From: a virus | DNA length: 64,000 bases | Strand: one strand, 5' to 3' | Virus record (IMG/VR): IMGVR_UViG_3300047160_002053 | Coordinates: 40,163-104,162 of that record | Shown here: in pieces, positions 10,496 to 20,300 of the stretch | Numbering within the stretch: position 1 is the first letter of the stretch | Layout: the number at the start of each line of letters is the position of its first letter | Notes under the pieces: model-generated | Told to the model about the DNA's origin: nothing | Seen by the model: the letters and a program-made list of their open reading frames with translations, nothing else | Databases searched by the model: none | Position numbers and translations under genes: made by a program

Positions 10496-13194
10496 TAGAT
10501 TACCCACCATTGAGTTCCGTCACTGACCATAGTCACTGTGACGAATTGCGAACTGATCACGAGAGTATTTGCTCCGTCGATCAATTGAGCGCCAAAAGCT
10601 TGGATCGTAACTGCGTTGACAGATGCGTCGATCTTCTTGAAGAAGAAGACTTGACCTGTAGCCGAACTTGCAGTCGGAAGACTGAACAAGATCGAACCTG
10701 AAGTAGCATCGCCGAGCAACACGTTGTCGCTCGTCATTACGGTGTAGTTTCCAGTCTTAGTGGAAATTGCAACGGGTCCACCGATTGCATCGGCACCAGC
10801 AGGACCAGTAGGTCCAGGAGGTCCTTGAGGACCGACACCGCCTCCGCCGCCTCCACCTGCGCCGCCGCCTCCGCCATTGATGCGGAATTCGAGTTCGTCG
10901 CCGATTTCAAGCTGTTGAAGAATCATGATCTCATTTGAAGCAGTACCAGATGCACCAACTTCAGACCAGTCGATTCCCAAACGGAGATATTGACCATTCA
11001 AGAACACCATCAACGCGCCAGATCCTACAGTGTAATACTGCGTGATCGAAGCAAGACGAGTGTTCGGAGGAAGATTGATTACAGTGTTAACCGACACAGG
11101 TCCGGTCAAGGACGTAGGCGGAGTAGCACCAGAAGCCACGATATCGACGTTTTCATCGTAAGTCGGGCTGTTAAGAGAAGCAAGGATTGCACCGAAAGCG
11201 CTATCAAGTTTTTTGATTGCTTTCGTGAGATTATCACCGTCATTGACGATGTAGTTACCATCTCCAGAACCGTTCTGAACAATAGTGATTGCGAACGGAG
11301 CAGGAATATTGAAATTCACCGCATTTGCCGTAGCACCGCCAGAATTATTAGTAACGCGAACCGTATTTTGGTTCGGATTCGGACGAACAGCTGCTGTAAA
11401 ATCAGGCTGGAATGTTCCAGACAATGCAGATGCAAGCTGCGACGCAACTTGCGCGTCAGTCATTCCAGTCGTAATGTCCCATTCGATTCCAACATGGTCA
11501 GCCAAAGGAGCAGGGTCAGTTCCGCCGCCATCTTTGTTAACCCAAACGTAATATTTACGAGCATCAGCTGCAGAGTTGATGAAGAAATATTGATTCGACG
11601 ACATCGTTGCGGCAGATCCACAAAGAACATCTGTGATTTCAGGCAACGCACCAGGATTCACCGCAGAGGAGTATTGGGGTTTGCTAGACGTTTCTAGCGG
11701 AGCACCGATATACTGCAGGATCTGTTTAGGGAATCCATCGTCGATATCTTCCGACTCACCCATTTCAAGTTCTGTGCCGATGAATCGTACATAGACTCGC
11801 GGAATGACGCCGCCGTTATCCGCACGATGCAAGAACCAGAACACGTCCTGTCCTTGCGGTACGCTTGCGCGATCCGCAATGTAAATATCGCGGTTCGAGC
11901 TAGGTGTAGCCGAAGTGCTGTAGCTTCCGAATGCGTATTTAGCTTTCGCTCCGCCAGCGCCGGTAGACGTGCCCGCGAAAGGAATAGTCAATGTGACTTG
12001 GCTCAGAGAATCAACGGATTGGATTTGGTAGTATCCGGCAACGGTGTCTGCGCCCAGCTTAATCCAGTCACCAGCTTGCAACGGGCCAGTCCATGCAATG
12101 GAACCAACCGAAGTGACAACTGCTGACGAATTCGTGAAGATCAGGTTAGGAGAAATTTGTACGTCGCGAACCAAAGTCACATAGGCGACTTCGTTATCTG
12201 CGAGAGTAATGTCGGTAGAGGTAGGATTCGCCGTGAATTTGTATTTCAGACGCGAACCTACGATATTCAAGAAAATATCTTCGTCCCAATTGATGAGACC
12301 GGCAGTATCCGCAGAATGCGTGATCGTGCCTGCGCCCGTAGTAATCGTGTTACCAAGATCAGTGCGCAACGAATCAATGGAACCTGCCGAACCTGGCGAG
12401 TACCAATAGACCGTACCTTTGATTTCCTGGAGTGCCGTCATGATAGCATTCATCCAGTCTTTCAAAGTCATGAGCATCTTATCGCCGCCGTGGAACGGAT
12501 TGATCGAGTTCGACGAAGACGTAGAAGGATTTTCAGTACGACCTTCTGCTTGAGCGGTCCACGGATAAACGTAGAACGGATTCGGAGAAGCGCCGCCAGT
12601 TCCAAGACGGAACAGCATCCAGCGTGCATCGGTGATGCTTTGAACGTTATTGCCTGAATCGGTAGTTACTGTGGCAATAGGAAGAACGTTCGATGCAAAG
12701 GTGCTAGTCGTGATCTTAATGCGGTAGCGAAGAATCTGAGCACGAGGAGCATTTTTGGTAGTTTCGTTATTGGTAGTCGGGTTCCAGATGTACACTTGTG
12801 ACGAGGTAGTGTCGTCGATGAAGCGTTCATATTCCAGACCAACGTAGTTGATCGCAGAAGGCGCGAAAGCACCGTCAACGATAGTGTTCGTCGCGGAGTT
12901 CAGCTGCTGAGCAGGAGTGCCAACAGGAACGAGATAAAAAGTACCGGACTGGCTCGAAGAGACATGGAACACTGCGCCAGGATCAACGATGAGTTGAAGA
13001 CCCGATGCCGCACCGCCGATAGCTCCGGCCATAGAAATTTCAAAACCGCGAAGGAGATAACCCTGCGAAGTTCCGGTTACAAACGATTGAATTAACTGAT
13101 CGAAGTCATTGGACGCAGCTGATTCGAGAGCGCGCATGTCTGGGACATCGACCCTCTGCTGACTAATCCAATTAACACGTCTTTGAACGCCCAT
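10495..13194 (-). CDS. multi-domain tail fibre/baseplate-attached protein with collagen-like segment
   Basis: 899 aa; poly-Gly linker plus GPQGPPGPTGPAG; C-terminal KIDAS.NAVTI...IDG fibre-tip-like motif. Confidence 0.7.
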   Translation of the reverse strand: MGVQRRVNWISQQRVDVPDMRALESAASNDFDQLIQSFVTGTSQGYLLRGFEISMAGAIGGAASGLQLIVDPGAVFHVSSSQSGTFYLVPVGTPAQQLNSATNTIVDGAFAPSAINYVGLEYERFIDDTTSSQVYIWNPTTNNETTKNAPRAQILRYRIKITTSTFASNVLPIATVTTDSGNNVQSITDARWMLFRLGTGGASPNPFYVYPWTAQAEGRTENPSTSSSNSINPFHGGDKMLMTLKDWMNAIMTALQEIKGTVYWYSPGSAGSIDSLRTDLGNTITTGAGTITHSADTAGLINWDEDIFLNIVGSRLKYKFTANPTSTDITLADNEVAYVTLVRDVQISPNLIFTNSSAVVTSVGSIAWTGPLQAGDWIKLGADTVAGYYQIQSVDSLSQVTLTIPFAGTSTGAGGAKAKYAFGSYSTSATPSSNRDIYIADRASVPQGQDVFWFLHRADNGGVIPRVYVRFIGTELEMGESEDIDDGFPKQILQYIGAPLETSSKPQYSSAVNPGALPEITDVLCGSAATMSSNQYFFINSAADARKYYVWVNKDGGGTDPAPLADHVGIEWDITTGMTDAQVASQLASALSGTFQPDFTAAVRPNPNQNTVRVTNNSGGATANAVNFNIPAPFAITIVQNGSGDGNYIVNDGDNLTKAIKKLDSAFGAILASLNSPTYDENVDIVASGATPPTSLTGPVSVNTVINLPPNTRLASITQYYTVGSGALMVFLNGQYLRLGIDWSEVGASGTASNEIMILQQLEIGDELEFRINGGGGGAGGGGGGGVGPQGPPGPTGPAGADAIGGPVAISTKTGNYTVMTSDNVLLGDATSGSILFSLPTASSATGQVFFFKKIDASVNAVTIQAFGAQLIDGANTLVISSQFVTVTMVSDGTQWWVI

Positions 13195-13229
13195 TTAACT
13201 ACCCTTTAGATTTTAGATACTACCAAATA

Positions 13230-13236
13230 TAAGATT
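13230..13236 (-). promoter_or_regulatory. AATCTTA putative late promoter motif
   Basis: Intergenic, about 35 nt upstream of ATG 13194. Confidence 0.65.
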
Positions 13237-13311
13237 GTCATGTTGCTGGTCCTTCCAAAATCGGTTGCCTACACCCTATTTATCATATAAGATGGTCTTA
13301 GGATGCAGCTG

Positions 13312-13318
13312 AATCTTA
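13312..13318 (+). promoter_or_regulatory. AATCTTA putative late promoter motif (divergent)
   Basis: Intergenic, about 27 nt upstream of TTG 13346 and its GAGGAG SD. Confidence 0.6.
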
Positions 13319-13345
13319 AATGTGTCCTAGACAGAGGAGTTTTCC

Positions 13346-13789
13346 TTGGGTAAATCGAAACGTGGCTTCAAAGAACGCACCAGAGAACAAGAGCTGAAAT
13401 TTGAAAACAAGGAGTTTCGCCGCCGAGAAAGAGACAAAGACCATCAAATTCTCATGTTAAAACGCGAGGTTAGCTCGCTTCGTAAGCAGCTTGCCAGGAT
13501 CGACCTGGATCGCTATAGCCATATCCGCGACATCGTGGAAGAGCATTATCATGAAGAAGAACAACAGGTTACAGCTTTAGACGGGCTCAAATCCCTTAAA
13601 GAACAGTGGAAGTGCCATGAGTGTGGCAACGGCTATCTGGAGATCTACGTCTATAATCGTCAAGACGGTACTTTCTATTACCGCGTCTGTAACAATTGTC
13701 CTAATCGAACCAAATCGCAGAAATACGATCCGGATACAGTGCAGGGCATCATGAAAGACCTTACAAAACCTGCGAAAAACACTAAATAG
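13346..13789 (+). CDS. coiled-coil plus zinc-ribbon hypothetical protein
   Basis: 147 aa; CHEC...CNNC; GAGGAG SD. Confidence 0.7.
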   Translation: MGKSKRGFKERTREQELKFENKEFRRRERDKDHQILMLKREVSSLRKQLARIDLDRYSHIRDIVEEHYHEEEQQVTALDGLKSLKEQWKCHECGNGYLEIYVYNRQDGTFYYRVCNNCPNRTKSQKYDPDTVQGIMKDLTKPAKNTK

Positions 13790-13801
13790 TTGAATTGTTT
13801 G

Positions 13802-13823
13802 GCCTTTTTTGAGAAAAAAAGGC
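13802..13823. terminator. possible terminator hairpin
   Basis: GCCTTTTTT-GAG-AAAAAAAGGC inverted repeat just after the 13789 stop. Confidence 0.35.
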
Positions 13824-13852
13824 TTCACATTCCCCTCCGACCATGCTACTAT
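13824..13852 (+). promoter_or_regulatory. sigma70-type promoter
   Basis: TTCACA-17-TACTAT with extended TG, upstream of GGAGG SD. Confidence 0.55.
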
Positions 13853-13871
13853 GGTATTGATTGGAGGTCGA

Positions 13872-14423
13872 ATGACATTTGAAACAATAATTCTCATGGC
13901 GGCAAAGAAGGCCGCAGTTTCCGGAGCGCTGCTCCTCGCGATCTGTACGCATGAAAGTGGTTTGAAAAATATCACTGTTCCTCATGACGGCGGAAGTCCT
14001 TCCTATGGAATCTGCCAAATTAAGTTTGAAACGGCCAAGATGGTCGGTTTCACCGGCCAAGAAAAAGATCTGATGAAGCCGGAAGTCAACGCAAAGTGGG
14101 CCGCTGAATATCTGAAGTTCCAAAAAGAACGATATGGCGGAGAATGGCTCAAGGCAGTTGCTGCTTACAATTCTGGAACGTACAATCCATCGTCCAAAGT
14201 TCCTGGCTGTCCTCGAAATCTTCAGTATGTAAAAAATGTTCAACGAAAGTTGGCAGAGGACTTGCAACAAAAGCTGCAATGTGGTACAAAGAAAATAGTC
14301 CTACCTCAAATTAGTATTTGTGTGTGGGAAAAACAGTGGACGGAGTGCGAATCTCCGCCTAGAAAGAAAACAAATGAAAGCCATCATGGTGATGGACCTA
14401 GAGCTAAATCAGCCGTCCCGTAA
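13872..14423 (+). CDS. lytic transglycosylase (SLT family), candidate endolysin
   Basis: LLAICTHES (catalytic Glu), SYGICQI, AVAAYNSG motifs; start ATG 13872 with GGAGG. Confidence 0.85.
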   Translation: MTFETIILMAAKKAAVSGALLLAICTHESGLKNITVPHDGGSPSYGICQIKFETAKMVGFTGQEKDLMKPEVNAKWAAEYLKFQKERYGGEWLKAVAAYNSGTYNPSSKVPGCPRNLQYVKNVQRKLAEDLQQKLQCGTKKIVLPQISICVWEKQWTECESPPRKKTNESHHGDGPRAKSAVP

Positions 14424-14964
14424 GGTTATTCAACTCGGGGCAGCAGTGTTCAATCCGCGTAACGGCGTATTGATTGAAAGGCTCGAACTATATGTGAATC
14501 CAGAAGAGCCGATTGATCCATTTATCACGGATCTTACTGGTATTCGCGACTCAGACGTGCGCGGAGGCTGTACTGTAAAAGAAGCCTACGAAGAATTGAA
14601 ACGACTGCACAAAAAACATAAGTGCTTCGTTAATCCGATGGTTTGGGGATCAGGAGTCAGAAACGATTCGATTGCTCTTTATGAAGGCTATCGAGAATTC
14701 TGTCTTCAGCGCGGCGAAGAGCCTGACGCGGAAAATTATTTTGGATTTAGAGTCCTAGACGTGAAAACTGTCTATCAAAGTGTTCAGATATTTGAAGACA
14801 GTCAATATTCCGGTGGATTAAAAGACTGTATGAAAAAACTAGGCCTTACGTTTGAGGGTGATCCTCACAGGGCCATAACCGATGCGATCAATACGTTTCG
14901 CCTCTGGTATCATCTTATGAGGATTTTTCACGATGGAAAAGTCGCCCAAAAAAAGCGGATTTGA
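14374..14964 (+). CDS. DEDDh 3'-5' exonuclease
   Basis: VMDLE, LTGI, HRAITDA motifs. Confidence 0.85.
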   Translation: MKAIMVMDLELNQPSRKVIQLGAAVFNPRNGVLIERLELYVNPEEPIDPFITDLTGIRDSDVRGGCTVKEAYEELKRLHKKHKCFVNPMVWGSGVRNDSIALYEGYREFCLQRGEEPDAENYFGFRVLDVKTVYQSVQIFEDSQYSGGLKDCMKKLGLTFEGDPHRAITDAINTFRLWYHLMRIFHDGKVAQKKRI

Positions 14965-15034
14965 CCGAGAACTTATTATCATCCTCGTTTCATTAGCAGC
15001 CCTAGCTGTGGCTATTTCTATGAATTTTCGTTAA
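14933..15034 (+). CDS. single-TM microprotein (33 aa)
   Basis: Hand translation MEKSPKKSGFDRELIIILVSLAALAVAISMNFR; fills the gap to the convergent gene. Confidence 0.4.
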   Translation: MEKSPKKSGFDRELIIILVSLAALAVAISMNFR

Positions 15035-15456
15035 GAGCGATCTAGCGCGAAAAGCGGGATCGTACCTTCAAAATTGAAGTTCATCTTGTAGGTAGATTTC
15101 GTAGCTGCTACGTGGCTTTCTTGCGTCACTTTTGCTTGCGGAATGAACAGAATATCTTCGCCAGTTGAACGGTCCTGAATACGGATCGAAATGTACGGAG
15201 AAGCCAAAAGATCGACGAACAAGGGACGCAGGCTCTGAGCTTGCAATCCGCCGCTATTTTTAACGCGAAGTCCTTGGACTCCACCTTTGATAGAAATTCG
15301 AGTAGGCGCGATTTCTTGCGCATATCCCACGTCAATTCCATAGATCGGAGTTTCGCCGTAATCAACAGTCAAAGAAATAGACTGAACCGTCTTATAGACT
15401 TGGTTGTTGATGTAAAGCTTAATATGTGCGCCAGTAAGGATAATCGGTGCAGCCAT
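15031..15456 (-). CDS. tail tube-like protein
   Basis: 141 aa, alternating beta pattern typical of tube/Hcp folds; position in baseplate module. Confidence 0.6.
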   Translation of the reverse strand: MAAPIILTGAHIKLYINNQVYKTVQSISLTVDYGETPIYGIDVGYAQEIAPTRISIKGGVQGLRVKNSGGLQAQSLRPLFVDLLASPYISIRIQDRSTGEDILFIPQAKVTQESHVAATKSTYKMNFNFEGTIPLFALDRS

Positions 15457-17348
15457 TATTCACCCCAGATAGTTGGGTTCTCAGAGTATGGAGTACCCCA
15501 TTTTCCCAATCCGATATCGTTTGGATATAAGATTGTGAAAACAATGTTGATGCCCGAAGCGGCGACCTGATTGATCAAATCTTCAGCATAAATACGGCCA
15601 GAAACAACGTCCGTAATATAGAACGGATAGTCTAGTCCATCACGCGAAATGTCAGGAGCAGATTTAGCTGCCACAAGAGCAACGTCGGTTCCGTTAGCAT
15701 GGAACGTTTTCACGTTATAAGCAGGACTAATCAACAGCGTGTTGTTTGAAGGACGAGCAATATAAGGAATTGGACCTTCTTGTTCCTGCGTGCCGTAGCC
15801 GAGGATGATATTGCCCTGTTCATCAGGAAATTCGCTAGAATCAGCAACTTGGATTACGCGAGGCATGGTTCCGTCGAGATCCTGTTGCAAAGTAGTGCCG
15901 ATATCAGAAACCGTGAAAGGTTGAGAGGTATCGTACATGTAAGGACCAGGCTGACCAGGAGCAAGAGAAGCCATATCGCCCAATGGACCAGAAGCAGAGA
16001 TAGCTGCAGATCCAGAATAGGTTCCAACCATAGTTGCGGTCGCATCATTCACAAAAACATTCAAAACATTCTTGTTTGCAAAGGCTTTCAAAGTAGAATA
16101 GGTAGAATTGATCGCAACGGCCATATTGGTCACTGTATCATTTACCGTAGCACCATTCGTAAAATTTACGCCCTGTTGAATAAGCGCAGTCGTAGTCAAA
16201 TTGAAAGTATCGCCAGAATTTGGTTGAGCATTAAGTTCAAACGAAACCATAGGCGGCTCATGCAAGTGCGCAGAACCTTCGCGTCCACGACGAATAACTT
16301 TCGTTGCGGCAGGCAAGAAGATCTGAAGCATACGGGCCGAAGACTGATAGACCGCTGCATAAGACAGACGACTATTTAGAGTCTTACGAATTGGATCGAA
16401 AAACAAAATAGCATCGTCAGCGCCTTGAGTCACGATGCCAGAAGTACCGAGAGGGTTAACGATTTCAAAATAAGAAGATCCGACAGGTCCACCAACAGAA
16501 TCGACGATTGTGTACGATCCTTCATTGGATGAAGCGGAGAACCCGCCGCCGTAAATATTGACATAGTTTCCAGAAGAAACTTTACCCAAGTTAGGGTTAG
16601 CTCCACCAGTCCAAGTAAAACGAATGACGCCGCCAGGCTGAAGAGAAAGAGTCCATTGAGTAGACATGTTTCCGCCAGCTGCGACTGCTGCATCGAACTT
16701 CAGTTCATTTTGTGCGCGACCGCCAAGGATCGTAACGCTGGAGGCGGGACCGATAGTATCTGACAAGATCTCGACGTAAGGACCGTTACCGTCATCCTTG
16801 GCAATCGCAGTTCCGGCATAGCCGAGACGACGAAGTTCTTTAGTAATAGAATCGGCTACTTCCTGAGCAGTTGCTGCAGCAATAGAAGCGAATTCAGACG
16901 TATGGAAAGTGATCGGCACAGTTACATGGTCATCGAAATTGATGATCAAAGTGTCGCCGTCTTTCAGGTTATAGGGCTCAAATGCTCGTGCTTGGTTAGA
17001 AGCGCGGACGAATTCATCGCCGAAAATAGCGTTCAAAAGATTATTGATGAGATCGCGAACTTGCTTACGGTTCTTAACCTCGATACCGATCTGACGAAAA
17101 ACATCATCCGATAGACCAACAGAAGGAGGGCGAACGATACCGTGTTCGGCAAGACGCTCATCCAAATAACGACCTGAAGCAGTAGAAATATAAAGCTGGT
17201 CATTCACTGCTCGAACGTTGTCGATCAATGGTGCAGCGGCACCTGTAGCCAATGCTTGCAAAATCGCATCGACCGAAGGTCCTTTAATGTAAGGATTGAG
17301 GTAGCTCCTCAACCTTTTATACTGTTCTTCAGGAGTTGTTACTGCCAT
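15456..17348 (-). CDS. baseplate wedge protein (gpI/gp7-like N-terminus)
   Basis: 630 aa; TASGRYLD...GI.R...SDDVFR motif; follows the gpJ-like gene. Confidence 0.7.
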   Translation of the reverse strand: MAVTTPEEQYKRLRSYLNPYIKGPSVDAILQALATGAAAPLIDNVRAVNDQLYISTASGRYLDERLAEHGIVRPPSVGLSDDVFRQIGIEVKNRKQVRDLINNLLNAIFGDEFVRASNQARAFEPYNLKDGDTLIINFDDHVTVPITFHTSEFASIAAATAQEVADSITKELRRLGYAGTAIAKDDGNGPYVEILSDTIGPASSVTILGGRAQNELKFDAAVAAGGNMSTQWTLSLQPGGVIRFTWTGGANPNLGKVSSGNYVNIYGGGFSASSNEGSYTIVDSVGGPVGSSYFEIVNPLGTSGIVTQGADDAILFFDPIRKTLNSRLSYAAVYQSSARMLQIFLPAATKVIRRGREGSAHLHEPPMVSFELNAQPNSGDTFNLTTTALIQQGVNFTNGATVNDTVTNMAVAINSTYSTLKAFANKNVLNVFVNDATATMVGTYSGSAAISASGPLGDMASLAPGQPGPYMYDTSQPFTVSDIGTTLQQDLDGTMPRVIQVADSSEFPDEQGNIILGYGTQEQEGPIPYIARPSNNTLLISPAYNVKTFHANGTDVALVAAKSAPDISRDGLDYPFYITDVVSGRIYAEDLINQVAASGINIVFTILYPNDIGLGKWGTPYSENPTIWGE

Positions 17349-17351
17349 TTG

Positions 17352-20300
17352 TTATGTTCCATTCTGGCTGACAGAGATGTCAAGCACAGGGTCGATAATA
17401 CGCGCTTTTTCCGAAGGAGCAATGAAAATAATATCATGAGTGCTGTCGTACTGAGGCGAATCAATTGCCATTGCACGGACACCAGGAATTGCGTTAACCG
17501 CAGAAACGATGGCGCTGAATGCGATAGGTTGACCGACAGGATTCGAGTTCACAAGAGAGCTAACCGAAGTACGGACTTGCTCTGCAGTTTGCGCAAACGG
17601 AACGCCAGTATTGATGCGAATAACAACAGAAACTTGAATACGACGAGTTAGAGGCTCACGAGAGAAGATCTCAGCACCGGCAGCGCCGACACCAGGATAA
17701 GTCGTTGGATCGCGAGGATCGCCGTAAATGATACGGTTAGCTTCTGCAATCAAGCCAGTATTGTAGCGATAAGAGTCAAGACCCTTACGAATAGTCGTAT
17801 TGAAATCCATTTTTGACAATGAAGTCAATTGTACACCGGCTGCCTCGTCAATTTTCGAGTATTGAGCGTTCGTATCGAACGTAATCAATGAACGGAAAGG
17901 TGCGCCAGGCTGTTGCGAAGCGAACAAGACATGCTTGTAACCGCTATATGCGACGCCTTCTTCAACGTAAACAGAAGTCTCACGACCGTTCAGGCTGACG
18001 TTAGTCAAAGGTGCCAAAGTGCCAGTGATGACTGCAGTATCGCGGTCGATAACATCAGAAACCACATAAGAACCTGCGTTCTGAGTAGTCAGAGTATCGC
18101 CAGTAGCAACAAACAAATCTCCAGCAACAGTTGCTTCGTACTCATAGAATTGAATTTGTGGTCTGTGAACCTGCAATCCATTCGGAGTAGTAACAAATAC
18201 CGCAGCTTCGTTTACCGCAGAAGGGTTGATCGCTTCCAAGAACGTGCGACGGCCTTGTTGGACAAGGTTTACAGTGAAAGGAGCCGGAACGTTTACGTTC
18301 GAGGCGTCGGTAGTTTCTTGGAGACCCGTTGTCGTAACAGTTGTAACACCATTAGATGCAGAAGCAGTCAATCCGGTCGCGGCACCGACAGCAAGTGCGG
18401 CTTTAGCCGCCACGGAAACTGCCGTGTCACCGCTCAAAATTGACACTTGGATGCCTGTTCTACCAACGACAGCTGGGTCTGAATTAGATCCGTTAACATT
18501 GAACCAAACATAGTACAAGTTCACGTCACCAGCCGATTGGATCAGGAAGTAAGTACCTGCTCCGCCGATAGTGAAGTTAGAACCTGCTGGCATGACGAGA
18601 TTCGTGATCTCGGCAAGTGCTGCACCAGTGCGAAGAACCATGAATTGGCCTTGGTTCGCAGCGTTGAAGTCAACACCCAGAGTTAGGATGTCGCCTGCGC
18701 GTGCGTTCTCGAAGTTAGGCTGAGTGCCAACTCCGTTCCAGTTCAAATATAGAGAATGATTAGAAGCGTTTACCTTGATCGAAGTCGTAGCATCGTAGCC
18801 AACAGAAATGGCGTTCAAAGGAAGCGTCACTTCTTCTTCAACCGTATTTGCATTTTCATACCATACAGAATTGTTGTAACGACGGATAACGCGGAACTTA
18901 CCTTGGTTCAGAACCGTGAAAGGTGCTCCGACGATCATGGTATCGCCTTCAGAAACTTCCGTAGAAGCGCTGAAATCACCAGCAACAAAAGCATCGCCGA
19001 CAAGGTTCGCACTAGAAACTGTTACAGTACCAGTTCCCGCGTATGCGAGAGCAGTAGACTGATCTGGGCCAGTTGCAGTAACAGTAACTATGTTACCATT
19101 TGAAGACGAAGTAACGTTCGGAAGAGTTCCGATAACCGCAGACAAATTTGCTGCAGTATCAGCTGCAGTAGCTCCGATTGCGAAATCGGTTCCTGCAACA
19201 AGGTTAGAAGTTCCGATGGTAAAAGTATCACCGGCAGTAGAATTTGTACCAAAAGTGAAAGTGCCAGACGAGAATTCATCAACCGCATTCGGGTTCAAGA
19301 CACGAAGAGTTGTTCCATCGTCAGAAACTCCGGTAACAGGGAATGTTCCGTTATTATCTGCTTGAGGCAAACCAGAAATAGTCACGAGATCGCCGATAGA
19401 CAATTCGTTGAAGTTTGCAGCGCCAGTCAAGATCAAGTATTCAGCTTCCGAAGTTCCAGAAACTTTAGAAACGTTGATCGTTCCGCCTCCAGCGTCATTG
19501 AAATTCACTGCAGTTTTAATGAACTGAGGCGATGCGTTATCACCAGTCCAAGACAAGCAGGCAAGAGCGCCTTGTTTTTCCACACGGAAAGTGCGGTTTT
19601 GAGTACGCAAATGATGACGAGGTTTACCGAAGTAGCGTTGGTTCAGAGCACGGCTCAGCAATTTAATTGTCGAGAATCCGACAGCCGGAACATTGCTTAA
19701 AACAGTAATAGAAGTGTTCGATGAGAACAAAGCTTCTTTACGCTGAGTGTTTGTTGCTTGCAAGCGGAACCATTGATCAGAATGGATACCTTGTGCTGCA
19801 ACTTTATCAACAGAGACTGAAGCAAGTTGATTATCCACACGAGTAGCGGTATCAAGAACAGGTACTTCATATCCGTTAGCCAATCCACCGATGATTTGGA
19901 TAGATCCATCAGATCCCAAAGTATCGGTAGCAAGTTCAAGCTTAGATCCGCGATCAACAACTCCAACGGTAGCGACGGTCGTCAGACCAGTTACCGCGAG
20001 AACCGAGATCAAACGACGAACTTGGTCCATCGTAGTAGGAACTAGGCGCAATTCTTCGCCATTGTTAAATGCGTATCCTTGATCAGAAGGAAGTGACAAA
20101 GATTTTTTGAATGTAAAATTAGGAGATCCGCCAAGATTTGACGAAGCAATCCAGTTGATACCGTCTTTCAAAAATACAGATTCATATTGGAATCCGCTAT
20201 CTTCATAAGTAGAAAGAGCGATAGTGCCAGTTCCGTTTGCAGGAGGATTTGGATCGTTAACCAAAGTAGCAGTGAAATAGTCACCCAAGTTTGCTGCGAC

